NCBI GenBank assembly: GCA_046563655.1
Contig: CM102289.1
Span: 9,610,001 to 9,674,000 of the forward strand
Direction: 5' to 3'
From: Yuukianura sp. NJ FZ-2021
Taxonomy: Eukaryota
DNA: 64,000 bases
Made by a program: the position numbers and the translations under genes. Below, in pieces: positions 12,901 through 25,929 of this stretch. Each line of letters opens with the position of its first letter. The first letter of the stretch is position 1. Below the pieces are notes generated by a model that ran no database searches, was not told where the DNA came from, and saw only the letters and a list, made by a program, of their open reading frames with translations.

Positions 12901-13868
12901 TTGTCTCCTATGATAAAGCACATTTAAAAGTGAAATGCCAGATTAATCAATGACTAGTGAGAGATGAAGCTTACGCGAATCTTTGATTGGGTATGCCATG
13001 TGATACAGTAGACCAAGTTCGACTCCAGTTGAGTATCCCGGAACTTCAAGTATCTTCCGTCCTTTGAATTCAATCTCATCAACCTCAATATCCGCCACAG
13101 AGGACTTGAGAGCATAACACCAGTTGATGAGCCCATCACCCCTCCGAATGATTCCGTTCTCAAACAGATGCATGAATGCTTCCTTTACAACGAACGAATG
13201 ATTCTAAAACAACACATGATAACGAAAAACGTTAACACAACGGATTCTAGTGTATTAATTACAACTTATGATAGATCTATCAAACCTCATCCAATGTGTA
13301 GTACTCCTTGTCCCAATCCAGAAGAGCTCCCAACCGCATTAGTTGTTGCTTGATATTTGCACGATTTGTCGAAGCATGACGTTCAAGTTCTGCACTGAAT
13401 TGTTCTGGAGTGAGCTCCTGTCCAGATTTGGATAGTTTTCTAGTTACGACCGAGTGAGTGGCAATTCCAGCATGATCGAATCCTGGAATCCAGTCCATGT
13501 TGTATCCTCTCATTAACTTTCTATTACAAAGGAAAATACGTCGTAACAACGATTGCAATTATTAGAATTTTCGTCATTTATGAAAGTACTTACAGCCTAA
13601 AAATTGTGTCCTCGATAGCTACAGTGAGCGCATGACCAAGATGGAGTTTCCCGGTGACATTTGGAGGTGGAAAGATCATGCAAAAGGTATCTCCAGCTGA
13701 GTCCAATGTACTTGTACTCTTCAGTTTCTTCCTTTGTGTCCATTTCTTAAGTACTTGACCTTCAAACTCAGTAGGGTTGTATGCTTTAGAGATATGACCT
13801 AGTCGACTACTGCTTACTGTCGATGTGTAGCGACGAAGAGAGAAAAAGGCAGCGTGAGTCCTAAGCAT
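9946..13868 (-). CDS. VARS2: Valine--tRNA ligase, probably mitochondrial, multi-exon
   Basis: [13 protein letters not shown] (HIGH), [42 protein letters not shown] and GADALRF. Arg/Ser-rich presequence-like N-terminus and no GST domain. Confidence 0.95.
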
Positions 13869-14325
13869 GGCGATTAATTAGGATATTCTTATTCAATTTG
13901 TTGTGTATGCCGTTGCCCGTTTTCTGAAAGAATCAAGCATTTTTAGTAACGAAAGTGATTAATAAATTAATCAATGATTATTCGCCTAATCTGAAATCGT
14001 TTTCTTTGTACTACAGAAAATTTCTTGATTTGTTTTGAATTCAAATTGTAAACAAAGAACCGGCGCGTTCAAAATTCGCGCTCTTTTTTTTTACGATGCC
14101 CAAATATGACCTCGGTAATTGAGGAATGTGTAGATCACTTTGTCAGACCAAGTTAAATTATTTTCAGCAAAAATTAAATCGGGTCAGGCTAAAACTAGGA
14201 AAAGTCGGAAAAACTGTGTCGGACTTTTCGCTTTGCAAAAATCAAAACATCCCGACGACACCGGCAAAAATTACTAAAGTTTAATTAAAAATTAACACAG
14301 CAATTACTGCGTGGCTTAAAGATCA

Positions 14326-16331
14326 ATGGGGCTTTTGACGAATCCTAATGCAGACGACAGCAATAAACTGCTTCAAGTTTTGCAAAATCGAAACGGACAA
14401 ATCGGTGTCCTGAGCTACGTAGTTTCCCTTGTCTGGATACTATTTCTGGCTAATTCCAGCTACAACTTGAGTAAGTTAATTAGCTATTACAACCACTTTA
14501 CTTGAATTCCCCTAACTTAACTTATGTTCGTTTTATATTACAGAGACGCATTTTTCCGAAAATGCATTGCTGCCGGGACTCGTTTTTGAACACTTTGACG
14601 ACAGAGGTCAAGTCAATTCCTACGTTTCGGAGTTGAGTGAAAAGGAAAATTCAGCAACAGGACTCCGTCAGGAAGATATTGCTGAAATGTTCCATAGGAT
14701 TGGTATTACGGAAACAGAAAAGCAGAACTTCACTTTGATTCATCCGATTCTGAGTCTTGGTCCAGTTTCAGCTGATTCGTTGACAACTGGGGTCAATGTC
14801 TTTGGTGTATTACGGGCGAAGAGAGCTGCTGGAACGGAGTCTATCATTTTCAATACTCCGTACTTCCCTAAGAAAAATACTGGACGACGGAACGTCCTCG
14901 GAATTGCCCTGATGTTGTCTTTAGCTGAGTACTTCCAAGGTGTTAATCTTAACTGAACTTCAATTACTTAAAAAAAAGTAGTAATTGCATTAATGATTGT
15001 TGTTTTTGTTCCAGATCAAGTTTACTGGGCAAAGGATATTGTGTTTTTGGTGTCAGATGGTCATATTGGATCTCTGGCGTGGGTCAAAGGTCACCAAGAA
15101 ATCCGAGACGAAAATAACAACTTGCTTGTTGAGAATGTCCACACCAAGGTTGGGAATATACAGGCTGCCATCAACCTGGTACTGGACGGAAGCAAGGTTT
15201 GTTCAATGGAAACCAAATTCCATGGCCTAAATGGACAACTTCCGAACCTGGACTTGGTCAATTTACTAAACAAGTTTGTGTTCAACGTTCGAGATTATGT
15301 AAGTTTTAACATCTTGAACGATTTATTTTCGTTTTTGGACAACAGTTTTTTAAATTCAGGATAGAAGCGCTGATTGGCAGGATGACATCTGGAAACTGTT
15401 TGCTTACATGCAAACTCAAGCTACTGGAACTCCCACGGGAAGTCATGGATTCTTTTTGCAGTACGGCATAGAATCAGTCACGTTGTTCGGAAAATCTGGA
15501 AATTGTCGTCGTCCCAGTCACTTTGCAGATGTCGGCAGAATTCTGGAAGCGACATTTCGGAGCCTCAACAACCTTTTGGAACGATTCCATCAGTCTTACT
15601 TCTTCTATCTCAAAACGTCGCCAAATCGATTTGTATCCATTGGTAAACATAACACACTTTTAAATACACTAACCGCTATATCACTTCATCTTTTTTTTCT
15701 TGCAGGGCTCTACTTTCCACCACTGGCTTTAGTCCTTTTGTCAATTCCTATCAAAGCCGCAGCAATTTGGCTAACAGAACCTAATTTGGAAATGACGTTG
15801 GGACTGTTCTACTTGGCCATTGTCCATTTCTTATCCATTGGATGTCGGTGGACCTTGTCCCATTTGGACTCTGTTCTTCCTTCTGGAACCCAAGTCACAC
15901 CGGAACTATTTGCCAACTTGGTTATCGGCATGGGGCTCCTGCAATTCGTCTTCATACAATTCCTCGTCCGTTTCCAGTCGAAAGACGTCATCAAAACGAT
16001 TTACTGTTTCGTACTACTGGAACTGGGTGTGTCATTGTATACCCTTGGACTCTTCAATCCTTCCCTTGTCATTCTTATGGGAATTGTGTCTGTTCCGTTC
16101 GTCACTCTCTTCTTCATCTTCCGTCCAACTCAGAACACTCTTGTGTATGTCGCAATTTGCTCAGTGCTGGTCGGACTTGCTGCTTTCTTGGCAGCAGTTC
16201 ATCTGGACTCCACCGTCGTTCCTGTATTGAACAAGTATTTCTATGAAAGTGAAGTTTATGGTAACTTTTTATTTGATTTGTGTTTCACTCTACTTTTTCC
16301 TATTGTCTCTTGCATTGTCGCCGTAATTTAA
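14326..16331 (+). CDS. GPAA1: GPI transamidase component GAA1
   Basis: MGLLTNP start, FSENALLPG, YWAKDIVFL, LPNLDL and RSLNNLLERFHQSYFFY, then a multi-TM C-terminus. Confidence 0.95.
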
Positions 16332-16660
16332 ACTTAATTTTAACTCACTGTTTAACTTATAGTCGATTTCACCGAACAATGTGATTCAATAGCTCTACAC
16401 AAAGTCCTATGTCCTATGCATCCTTTGATTATGCTTTGAGCGTAAGCTAATCAATAAAGTTATATGCTTCATGTTAAATAGCTAAAGTTTACTTGAAGTG
16501 TTCTTATCACGTGACCTGTCTTGACCTTCACTCACTCACATCAATTATTCTATTTTTGTATCTTGAACTTCAAATTACGGTAAAAATTGTTTCACTGTTT
16601 CAACTTCAGTGGATTAGTTCCTTTGACACTTCTTTTGCAAAGGATTGACGTTTTATCGGA

Positions 16661-18064
16661 ATGGCTGATTTTGTACGAACTCCGGTTTGGCTGGACTGTG
16701 ACCCGGGTCACGACGATGCATTTGCTCTACTGCTTGCAATCTACTCTCCGAGTATTGATCTCCTTGGAATTTCAATTGTGCATGGGAATGATCGTGTGGA
16801 GCACTGTGGACTCAATGCTAAACGGTTTCTATGGTTATGTGGCAAGGTGTGTCCAGTATATTTGGGGGCTGAGAGGCCCCTACTCAGAACACCCAAGTTC
16901 TGTCCAGAAGTACATGGCATTGCGGGTAAATTCGAAATCAAAACGTTCATATTTAAAACAAAAGAAAACGTTTTTTTTTATGATTTTTTACTTTTTGAAT
17001 AGGAGAACAAGGCGTGGCCGGCATGTGTGGTTTTCACTTCCCCGATGAAGAAATTTTTTCTAGGGCAGAATATCGAGTTGACAAAGGGCACGGCGTGTTG
17101 AAAATGCAGGAAGCACTGCTCAGTTGTGACAGAAAAGTGACGATTGTGGCTACTGGAGCTCAAACTAATGTCGCTTTGCTCCTAAGAATGTTTCCAGAAA
17201 TCAGAAACAAGATAGAGAGAATTGTTTTTATGGGCGGAGCTATCGGGGTGGGAAATACTGGAGTAGCGGCAGAATTTAACATTGAAATTGATCCGGAAGC
17301 TGCACATATCGTTTTCCATTCAGGTATACTCAAGTACTAAAAAAAATGCAAGTTTTTGAAAAGTTTCGGTTTTCACTTTCTTTTTGATGTCCCTGCATTT
17401 TAGGCATTCCCCTTGTCATGGTGCCACTGGAAGTGACACATACAGGTATTAACATAACTTCTTTGACCGTAGAATTAATCGGTGGTTAAATTAACTTAAT
17501 TAACTACTAATCTAAGTTAACTTTTTAGTTTTAGTCACAGACAGAGTTCTGGATCAAATAAAAACTATACAGAATTGGCAACCATGGAGTGACGACACAA
17601 CTAAGCAGCTACCGCACCGCCATGTTGAATACGCCGAAATCCAACGAGTTTTACAGAGTAAACGAAATTTCAACGTTGTACAGCAAAGCAGTGACGATGA
17701 AGTGTTGGCTGAAAATGCTGCGCAAGTTGCCTGTGTTTCTCCGTTTGCTAACTGTTGTTACGAACTTTTGACGTTTTTCAAATCCACTTACAACGAAGTC
17801 TTTTCGTTTTCGTCGCCGCCGCTACACGATCCCTGCACGATTTTCTACCTTACAAACCCAGAAGCATTTGAGACTATTGAAGTTTTCGTGGACGTAGAGA
17901 CAGGGAGTGACAAATGTCTTGGCCGGACACTGGTTGACATTCATGGAGTTCTCAAGAAACAACCGAATGTCACCGTCTGTACACGAGTGGACACGAACAA
18001 GTTTTGGGAAAACATGTTCCAGTGTCTAAAGTTGGCCAATGTTAACAGTCCACTCAAGTACTAA
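16661..18064 (+). CDS. Inosine-uridine preferring nucleoside hydrolase (URH1/RihA-like), 4 exons
   Basis: [11 protein letters not shown]a-binding motif, [30 protein letters not shown] and LHDP. Confidence 0.95.
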
Positions 18065-18189
18065 ATCAAAATTTTGAACTTTAATTTTGGAATTTATGAA
18101 TAAAACGATTACATTTTAGTGGACTTTTTTCGTTGTTTCTTCATGATGAGCAGGTTTTTCCGGCCACATTTTTGAACTTGGATTCGTTG

Positions 18190-20784
18190 TTAGTTTCCTT
18201 TGGTTTTCAACATTTTTTTCAAACTTTTGCCGACGCCTGGTGTATTGGCGTTTTCGGAAGCCACCGTGGATGCTACTGCTGTCTTTGGCTTTACGTCAAC
18301 CGACTGAGCCTTTGGCGCATTGGCAACACCGATAGGTGGTGCTGTAACTGGTTTCGCTTTTTCGTCAACTCCAACGGACTGGGCATTCAGAATGTTGGAA
18401 CCTTTGGGCAATACTGCTGATGCTGGCTCCGCCTTCTGACGTGTTGTCACTGCACTATTGGGCGTTACTGCTGATGCTGGCCCCGCCTTCTCTGTTGGCA
18501 TTACAGTATTGGGCGCTACTGCTGATGCTGGCTTCGTTTTTTGAGTGTCTTGAACCGGCGCTGTGTTCAAACTGTTGGTGGGCTGGGCTGCTGGAAAACG
18601 ATTTTCCTGGAGGACTTTTTGCTCATTCTCCTTCGACGGAGTGTTTTTCAAATTATTTGGCGCAGCAGCTGACATGGGTGGGTTTGCTAATTTGGACTTT
18701 TCTGCTCCAGCCTTATTTCCCCAAATGATTATGGAAGGCATGGGCTCCAGTACGGACTTCCGCTTTTCCTCAGAAGCACTTCTTTGCAGCAGCACCATCG
18801 AATTCTTCGCGGCTCTTGCTTTCTCTTTTCTAGTCAATTTACCTTTCCTATGCCTACTGGATGTCCGTGACGGTCGGCTGGAATCGCTAGGTCTCGTTCC
18901 GCTTACTGATGTGCTGTCATCAAGGTTCCTATAGCAACGAAGTAGTTTTTAATTAGCAGGTTAGGCGATAAGTACGTTTTCCAAAAAAGTTCGCTGCTGA
19001 CACTGTTTCTGCCAATCCCATTGGATTACAGTACCAACTATTGCATTTAAACAAAAGTTATTGCGTAACCTGTTGAAGAAAAACTATTTTCTCCTTTACA
19101 AACCTTGAGCTGTCGTAGTCTGCATCGTCGTCGGAATAAAAGTCATCAGCTGTGTATGAATCCGGTTCTTCGGATTCGGTTTCCCAGTCGTCATCTTCGT
19201 CTTCTCCGGTACCAGAACCTTCCGATCCATCTTCGCCATCGTCATGACACTGATCATCCACTAATAGACAACAGTCACATGGATCTCCGTCGACATTTGG
19301 AGCACAGTCACAAGGTGGACGACCGTCGTACCAAACTAGTTGCGACAACGACTCAGTCAGGAAGGCCCAAATTCCGGTACGGCGCTCCTCTCTTTCAGCG
19401 GCAGCCTTGTCTTCGAATTCTTTCTGCTGCCGAATGAACTCACCTTCGTACTCGAGTCGTTTCGGACACTGCTTGACAAGTTCCCAACTTGAGGGAGCGT
19501 ACATGTGACATGGACACTTGACCTGGACATTTCGCGGGACCGGTTCTTCGATGCTCTTTTTCCGGTTTTCTCGCTCTTTGTTTCCGTTTTCCCGCTCTTT
19601 TTTCCCGTTTTCCCGCCCTTTTTGTCTGCCGTTTTCCCGTGCTTTTCGTTTTTTGTTTTCCCGCGCTTTTCCTTTTCCGTTTTCCTTCTCATTTCCTGTC
19701 TCATCTTGCCCCTCTTTTCTTCCTTTCTCTTCTACTCCTTCCTCATCTTCTTTACATTCCTCTTGAATTTCTTCGCATTTCTTCTCAATTTCTTCGCATT
19801 TCTTCTCAATTTCTTCGCATTCCTCCGCATTTTCTTCACATTCCTCTGCATTTTCTTCGCATTTCTGGTAGTTTTCTTCACATTTTTGCACGTTTTCTTG
19901 ACATTGGCAATTGGGCTTCGGCATTCTACAAATTATTAAAAATTTGAATCTTTAGTTACGTTTTTACAATAGCTCGTTTTAAAGAAGTGAAAATCTAAAG
20001 TTATCTTACGGAATGCAGCACGGTGGAATGTTAAATTGTTTTCTGCCGCAGCATCCGCATCTCACGCAATGTTCCTTGAGTAGTTGCCGCCGGAGTTTGT
20101 TCAAACAGTGCTCCCTTTGATATTTACATAAACGACATCTGTAAAAAAAATTATACAATCTAAATTAGTTTTAAAAATTATCAAAACTGTTAAAAACAAC
20201 AAAATTTGATATTGATATTGTTAGAAATTGGAATTTATGATTTACGTGCAGTCACAAAAGTGATCTCCAGGACGCATTCTTCTGCGACAAAGTGGACATT
20301 TACAGCAAACTCGCGGTGGAATGCAGCGATTCTCCAGAAAACGGAAGTAAATTTCGTTACAAGCATTTGGCTCACTCATTTCCAACTGAAATCCTGGAAA
20401 TTTTGTAAAATTAGAAAAATTTAGAAAAAATTAGTTGATTCACTAATTTGTGATGCTTTTTACCATGTTTTCGAACTTCACTAAAGTCGGGAGTGAGTGG
20501 AAAGCAGTCGTCTTCGTACTGGAACATTATGTATCTGCAGCCACAGTCACGACAGACCATGACAGGCTTAAGTTCTGGTCGGGGTGGCCACAACACTGGA
20601 TATCCAGTACAGCATCCATTTGTATTGGTACAGCAGTTGTCGAAGTTCAAATACTGAGCACGCTCACCTAAACCACGAATTTTGAAATTTTGGTTTGAAT
20701 TTTGAAAGTTTTTTGAATTCCAAAATTTTAGAATTTAGAATTACAACGAAGTCCCTGTGGAACTCTGCCGCCGGAACAGCACAT
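18190..20784 (-). CDS. Uncharacterised Cys-rich protein, copy B, with acidic/KE repeats and a long low-complexity tail
   Basis: In-phase spliced model: MCCSGG | VMVCRDCGC | VCCKCPLC...HFCDC | CRLC...CLN | KCPCH...LTESLSQ | tail ending at 18190. Homologous to the adjacent copy A. Confidence 0.7.
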
Positions 20785-21059
20785 CTCGGACAAGAAATTT
20801 GAAATTTAGCAAATTTTGAATCCAGAAAGTAAAATAATGCTGAAATGAATTTGGAAAATTTTAAATGAAAAAAAAAATTGCTACATTTTATAGTCCAACT
20901 TCAAAATTTTTTTAGACATTTTTAAGAAGAACTTCAGATATTCAGCTTTATTTATTAATCGAACAACGTTTAGGAAACGTTTCTTAGGCAATTTTTTTGT
21001 AAAACCAAACGAAATTTTTTGAAATGTGAGTGAATAAAATTTGGAAAAATTTTCCCGCC

Positions 21060-22252
21060 TCACTTTTTGTCTTTCTTGAACATTGACATTGAAGGAGTTT
21101 CGACCTGCGCAGAATCACTTTCTGTCTTAGCATTTTCTTCATCATCGACATTTTCTACTTTTAAAGCTCTTCTTCGAAAGATGGCGCCTTCCAGTATTTT
21201 CTGGGCAGTTTCGGCCGCAAGAACGCAGTAGTTAGGACACTCTAATCCTCTGAAATAGTTTATTCCTGTCTGACAAATACACTCCGGCTGAAGTGGCCAT
21301 TGTTGCTGGGACAACGATGGAGTCAAGTACTGGAAAACCGGTTTGACCTCCACAGCGGGTTGAATTTTGGCGTCTTTTGGTTTGGCCGTTTTTGTTTGGC
21401 TGGATTTGCCGGTGCGTTGGTTTCGATCACTGGGTTTATCTGGGCACGGATCTTTCAAAACCCAGTTTGTCGGAACGTAATTGTGGCACGGACATCTCGG
21501 AGAGCGATTGCGCGGTACAAAATCTTCGTCTTCGTCACAGTACCGTGGATGCCGTCTGAAACACAATGCAAAAGATTCAAAATCCGGACACGCGATACCG
21601 TGAAACTCAACATCCGATCACGGAATACCGTGAAATTCAACATCCGGTCACGCGATACCGTGAAATTCAAAATCCACGATTCACTACTTACTTTGTAATT
21701 TGAAACGGTGGTCGTACCGCCTGATACTGAAATTCGTCTAAACCGGGCGGCAGAGCTCCGAACTGCCTCCGTGCCGCCAAAAGTTCGTACCGGTACCGGT
21801 TCAAACAGGAATTTCTTCTGGAGAGACACAAAGTGCAGGAACAGTCACGAAAGTGGTAGCCTGGACGGTGACATGGGCGACATAAGGGGCAGCGACAACA
21901 AACTTTCCGTGGGATTCGGCCAATTCCAAGGTCACAGTCGGGGTTACACTTTTTCGGTAAGTAGCTAAAGTAACTTACGTTTTGGTAGTTGGGTGGATCA
22001 ATATCCAGCTCAAAACCTTGGAAAAAACATTTTTTTTTAAATTTTAAATTTTTAACTTTTCGAAATTTCACCTTTGGATAACAATTTTGAAAAATCTGGT
22101 GGAGCATAGGGAGAGCGCATGCCAAAAGCACAGCCACAGTCACGACAGACCATGAGTGTGGGAAAAGTCAATGGTGGAGGCGTCTCTTCCGTACAAATCG
22201 AAATTTCACGCCCATCGTAAACTATCGCTGCGTTTGTAAAGTTTTTGGACAT
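21060..22252 (-). CDS. Uncharacterised Cys-rich protein, copy A
   Basis: Spliced model: LMVCRDCGC | GFELD | VCCRCPLC...HFRDCSCTLC...CLN | RCPCH...LTPSLSQ. Paralogous to 18190-20784. Confidence 0.7.
21577..21672. repeat. Intronic 30-bp tandem repeat, ~3 copies
   Basis: AAATTCAACATCCGGTCACGCGATACCGTG-like unit repeated three times. Confidence 0.85.
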
Positions 22253-22519
22253 TGCAATTTAAAAAAAAAAGAACTAAAATTTTAAAAAATGGCAAAATTA
22301 TCCAAAAAAAAAAAAATAATCAACGCACAGTCATAACTGTTAAAAACAGAAACGTGCTTTTAGAAAACTCTTTTTCAAAAAACTGTTTGCTGTCAAACTT
22401 CAGCGTTGTTTGTGCAACCGAGTTGCTTTGGGATATTCGAAGACACTCGATTTTTTTTTTAATTTTCACTTTTTGCAAAAAACTTTCAAAATTTGGGTTT
22501 TGTACTTGAAAATTTGAGT

Positions 22520-22807
22520 TCAGCAGTTGTTCCATCCTCTCTCCCGGATAATTTTGAAATATTGTTTGTGTCGTTTCGGTGAATTGTAGAGTGGTAGATT
22601 TCGTGTGTCCATTTTGCAGTGACACATGATGTCGCAAGTGGGGATGAACATTGGACAGTCTACACATCGAACTTGTCCAAATTTGTGATCTGAATGGAAA
22701 ATGTCACTTCGGGAGACACCGGACATGCCCCATCTCTTCCAACATCCACCGTACGTTCTCATGTAACCTTCGTTTCCTTTTGTAATTCCAAATTCTGCTG
22801 GAGCCAT
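22520..22807 (-). CDS. Hypothetical small protein (~95 aa) with CxxC/CxC motifs
   Basis: ATG-initiated single-exon ORF (MAPAEFG...RCVDCP...CHCK) of higher GC than its AT-rich flanks. Confidence 0.4.
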   Translation of the reverse strand: MAPAEFGITKGNEGYMRTYGGCWKRWGMSGVSRSDIFHSDHKFGQVRCVDCPMFIPTCDIMCHCKMDTRNLPLYNSPKRHKQYFKIIRERGWNNC

Positions 22808-23621
22808 TATGAGTCGTCTAAACTTCAAAAAATTAACACTGGAATTAACATTTTTTTCATTTTTTAATAATTTCCTTTGAAACAACTCGTTTTTTACCTC
22901 AATTTGGAACAAAACGCCACCCCTTCACTTCCTTTTACGAAAAATTTTGATCTCCAAAGTATTGCTTTTACGAAAATTTTGATTCCCAAAATGATGATTC
23001 ATTTCGTGAAACATAACTTTGGATTTCAAACAAAATTTTAACAAATAACAATTTTTATTTCGTTGCAGTTGCCATGGCAATGCACAAATTTATTAAATTA
23101 AAGTCTAATTGGACCATGAAAGTAAAAACCGGTTTTTCTGCTCTTTTTTTTTGAAAAGGACTTCAAAAAGTTGCTTTTTGAGAGCGGCTCGTCACGACTG
23201 CGTGATTAGAGCAGTTTGGTTTGGAAATTTATTGATTTATTCAACAGAATTTAATACGACCTTACGCACAGGATTAGCAGTTAAGTTTTTAGACATTTAT
23301 GCTAAAAAGTGTAACTTGGCACCGCACAGGATACAAAAATTATAAACAAATTTAATCTGCAACAAACTAGTTTTAGAAAGCAAATTTTAGCTAGCTCACC
23401 TTGAATTCTTTGTGTTTATTTTGAAAACCACGCCTACTTACTTTTCTGTCGACTTCATTTGATGGATGACATGGACTTTTACTTTCGTCAAGGTCATACC
23501 TATTACAAAATTATTCAAAAGTGCAAAAAATTGCTCAAAATCGATCCGAGGTAAGAAAAACCTTGAGACCGTGACAGGTTTTTGCAGAAAGTGGGGATTA
23601 AACAGACATTTTCTGCCTGTC

Positions 23622-25248
23622 ATGGAAAACGGAACGTCAGTGAAAGTTCCTCTGACGGAGGGAGTAACTATTTTTAACAACACAATGCATTCCCGTCATT
23701 CCGACCACGAGAACGACCATTCCAACCACAAAAACGACCATTTCAACCGCGGAAACGACCATTCTGACGTCGAAATGGAAAAACTTGAGGCAAGGAGGGC
23801 CGAGTGTCGCCGTCGCCTCGTGTCAAAGTTCAAAATTTTGTGGGCTTTTATAAGTTTTTTGATTTCGGTGGCCGATGTGACAGTGATTTTGTACTTGTCG
23901 TATCTCCATTTTAGTCACAGTTCGGACATTGTTGCTTGGCTCATGCTCTTGCCCATTCTCCTTAACTTCATCGGCATCTTCACTTTTTTGTCAAAGTAAC
24001 AAAAAAAAACAAAAATTTTGAACAAAAATTTTTGAAACTAAAACTTTCAGAAATAAAACTTTTCTGAATTTTTTTTGGTAGCAAAACGGAACGAAGAGCC
24101 ATGGAGTCTTTGGGGTGCAACAGAACCAAAAATCTCATGTTTTTTCCTGTCGTCGGACCATCTTTTGCGTCAGTTAAAATTTCAAAATTAAAAATTTCAA
24201 AATTTCAAAAAATGAGTTCAAACAGTTCCAGAAATTGCATGGTCTGTTTAGTGCTCTGAGATTGTTCTCTTATGCCTTTGAGGAAGAAGACGCTGAAAAA
24301 TTTGAGCGGCTGGAATCGCTGCTGATTCGTATGAAGCAATACGAAAGCTACTTTCGCGCTGCGCCAGAAGCATTTATCCAAATCACCTTCAGAATCATCT
24401 CATGGTCTGAACTGGTCCATTTCCAGGCTGAGGGTAAGGTAAAAGGTCAAAGGTCAAAATTTCAAATTTTGAAATTTCAAAATTTTGAAATTTGTAGACT
24501 ACTGGACCACAGTTTGCATTGCACTGTGTATCTACAGTTTAGCAGAGTCTCACATGTATGGCTGTCTGCTCAAATATTACCGAATGTTTCACTACGAACC
24601 GACCGAAAACGCTTGGAAAACGGACAAAATTCTGTCCAAATGGAAAGTCGCTCTCTTCTGGTTCACTTACTGCTCAATCAGTAAGTCCAAATTTTCAAAA
24701 GTCAACAGCGGGAAATTTCAAAATTTTGAATTTCAAACTTTTTTTTAGATTCGCGCCTAATCGCTGACGCTATACAGAAGGCCGCTTGCTGCTTCTACTT
24801 CAGCGATTACTCTTTCGGTGAAGTGATTATCATAAACTTCTTGTGTCAATTTGTACTTCGCGCTTTTTACTACGCAGCGTACAATATTTGGCTGGGTTCG
24901 GACAAGCGGAAAATTCAAATTCACGACGAAGGAGTGTACGGCGCCTTTACTTATTCGTGGCGCTGTCTTTTCATTTCACTTGACTTTCAGTCTTACTCCA
25001 AAACCATTTTCATTTGGTTCTACGTAGAAAATTTGTTAATGTTAGTTACTCCGTACATTTGGATTTATGGAATACTGTGGTTCGGTGACAGTGGAACACA
25101 AAATGTTTTGGCACAAAGAGTTGTGTATCATGTCTACGTGGGAGTGGGAATTACTACTTCAATTATCGCAATTTTAATCAAAGTGGGAGTAAGGTATCAC
25201 TGGAAACGAACACAACGAAATACTAACAAAGTCACAGGTTCAGCATAA
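23622..25248 (+). CDS. XK-related (Xkr scramblase family) multi-pass membrane protein
   Basis: ISVADVTV first TM, YESYFRAAPEAFIQI (like the ESAPQLxLQ motif), YCSISSRL and FYVENLLML. Multi-exon. Confidence 0.7.
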
Positions 25249-25397
25249 CTTTTGTTAGAAAACTAAAATAACTCGGTTAACTTATGTTCGGTACACTAAA
25301 GGCATGCATAGGAGAAGAAAATATGTTTGTACAACCGTGCGGTTAATAGGTGTGACTAATGTTAACTTATTCAACTACTTTCCGAAACTTATAGTAA

Positions 25398-25510
25398 TTA
25401 AATAGCCAAAGCTATTTCATAATCTTATTCATGTCTGTCTATCTGTCCGTCGGTCTGTCCGTGCCAATCAACAATGTTGGAAACTAGCGCACCGATTTCA
25501 TTCGTGCTTT
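25398..25510 (+). mobile_element. Degenerate 5' fragment of a HINE/DINE-like element
   Basis: AAATAGCCAAAGCTATTT hairpin followed by a (GTCY)n tract and ...GCACCGATTTCA, the same layout as the 5' end of the element at 3454. Confidence 0.5.
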
Positions 25511-25929
25511 TACTAATCACCATCTCATGTGTGTTATTTTATCATTTCATTTTGGGTAAGTTTGGTTTTAAAAAGTATTTTTTAATTAAATATTTTCCTT
25601 AAAAGCATCTTGTGAACTCCTTTCACATTTTTGAGTAGTTATTTGAAGACCTTGGGTGAGATGCAGTGGCGGAAAACTCTTCCGGATTGTTGTGGTTTTG
25701 GGATCATTTTGAATTTGGTGTTACACTAATCTTGGTTTCGGTTTTAATTTAAGACTGTCTCCGGGTACATAATTTAATACTGTTTCCGGGTTGTTTAATT
25801 GTGAGTGGAGAGATAAAGTCAATGAATCTGTTTTAATAGCGGTTTTTAGAAGATTGTTTTTTATTATTAATAGGAAATGCACACAGTCATTCAATTTTAA
25901 CTTTGCAAAACATAATTTTTGAATCCAAA

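Noticed and set aside
19505..19947. Hydrophobic Phe/Leu-rich + strand ORFs resembling membrane proteins
   Set aside because: Antisense shadows of the Lys/Glu-rich exon on the minus strand.
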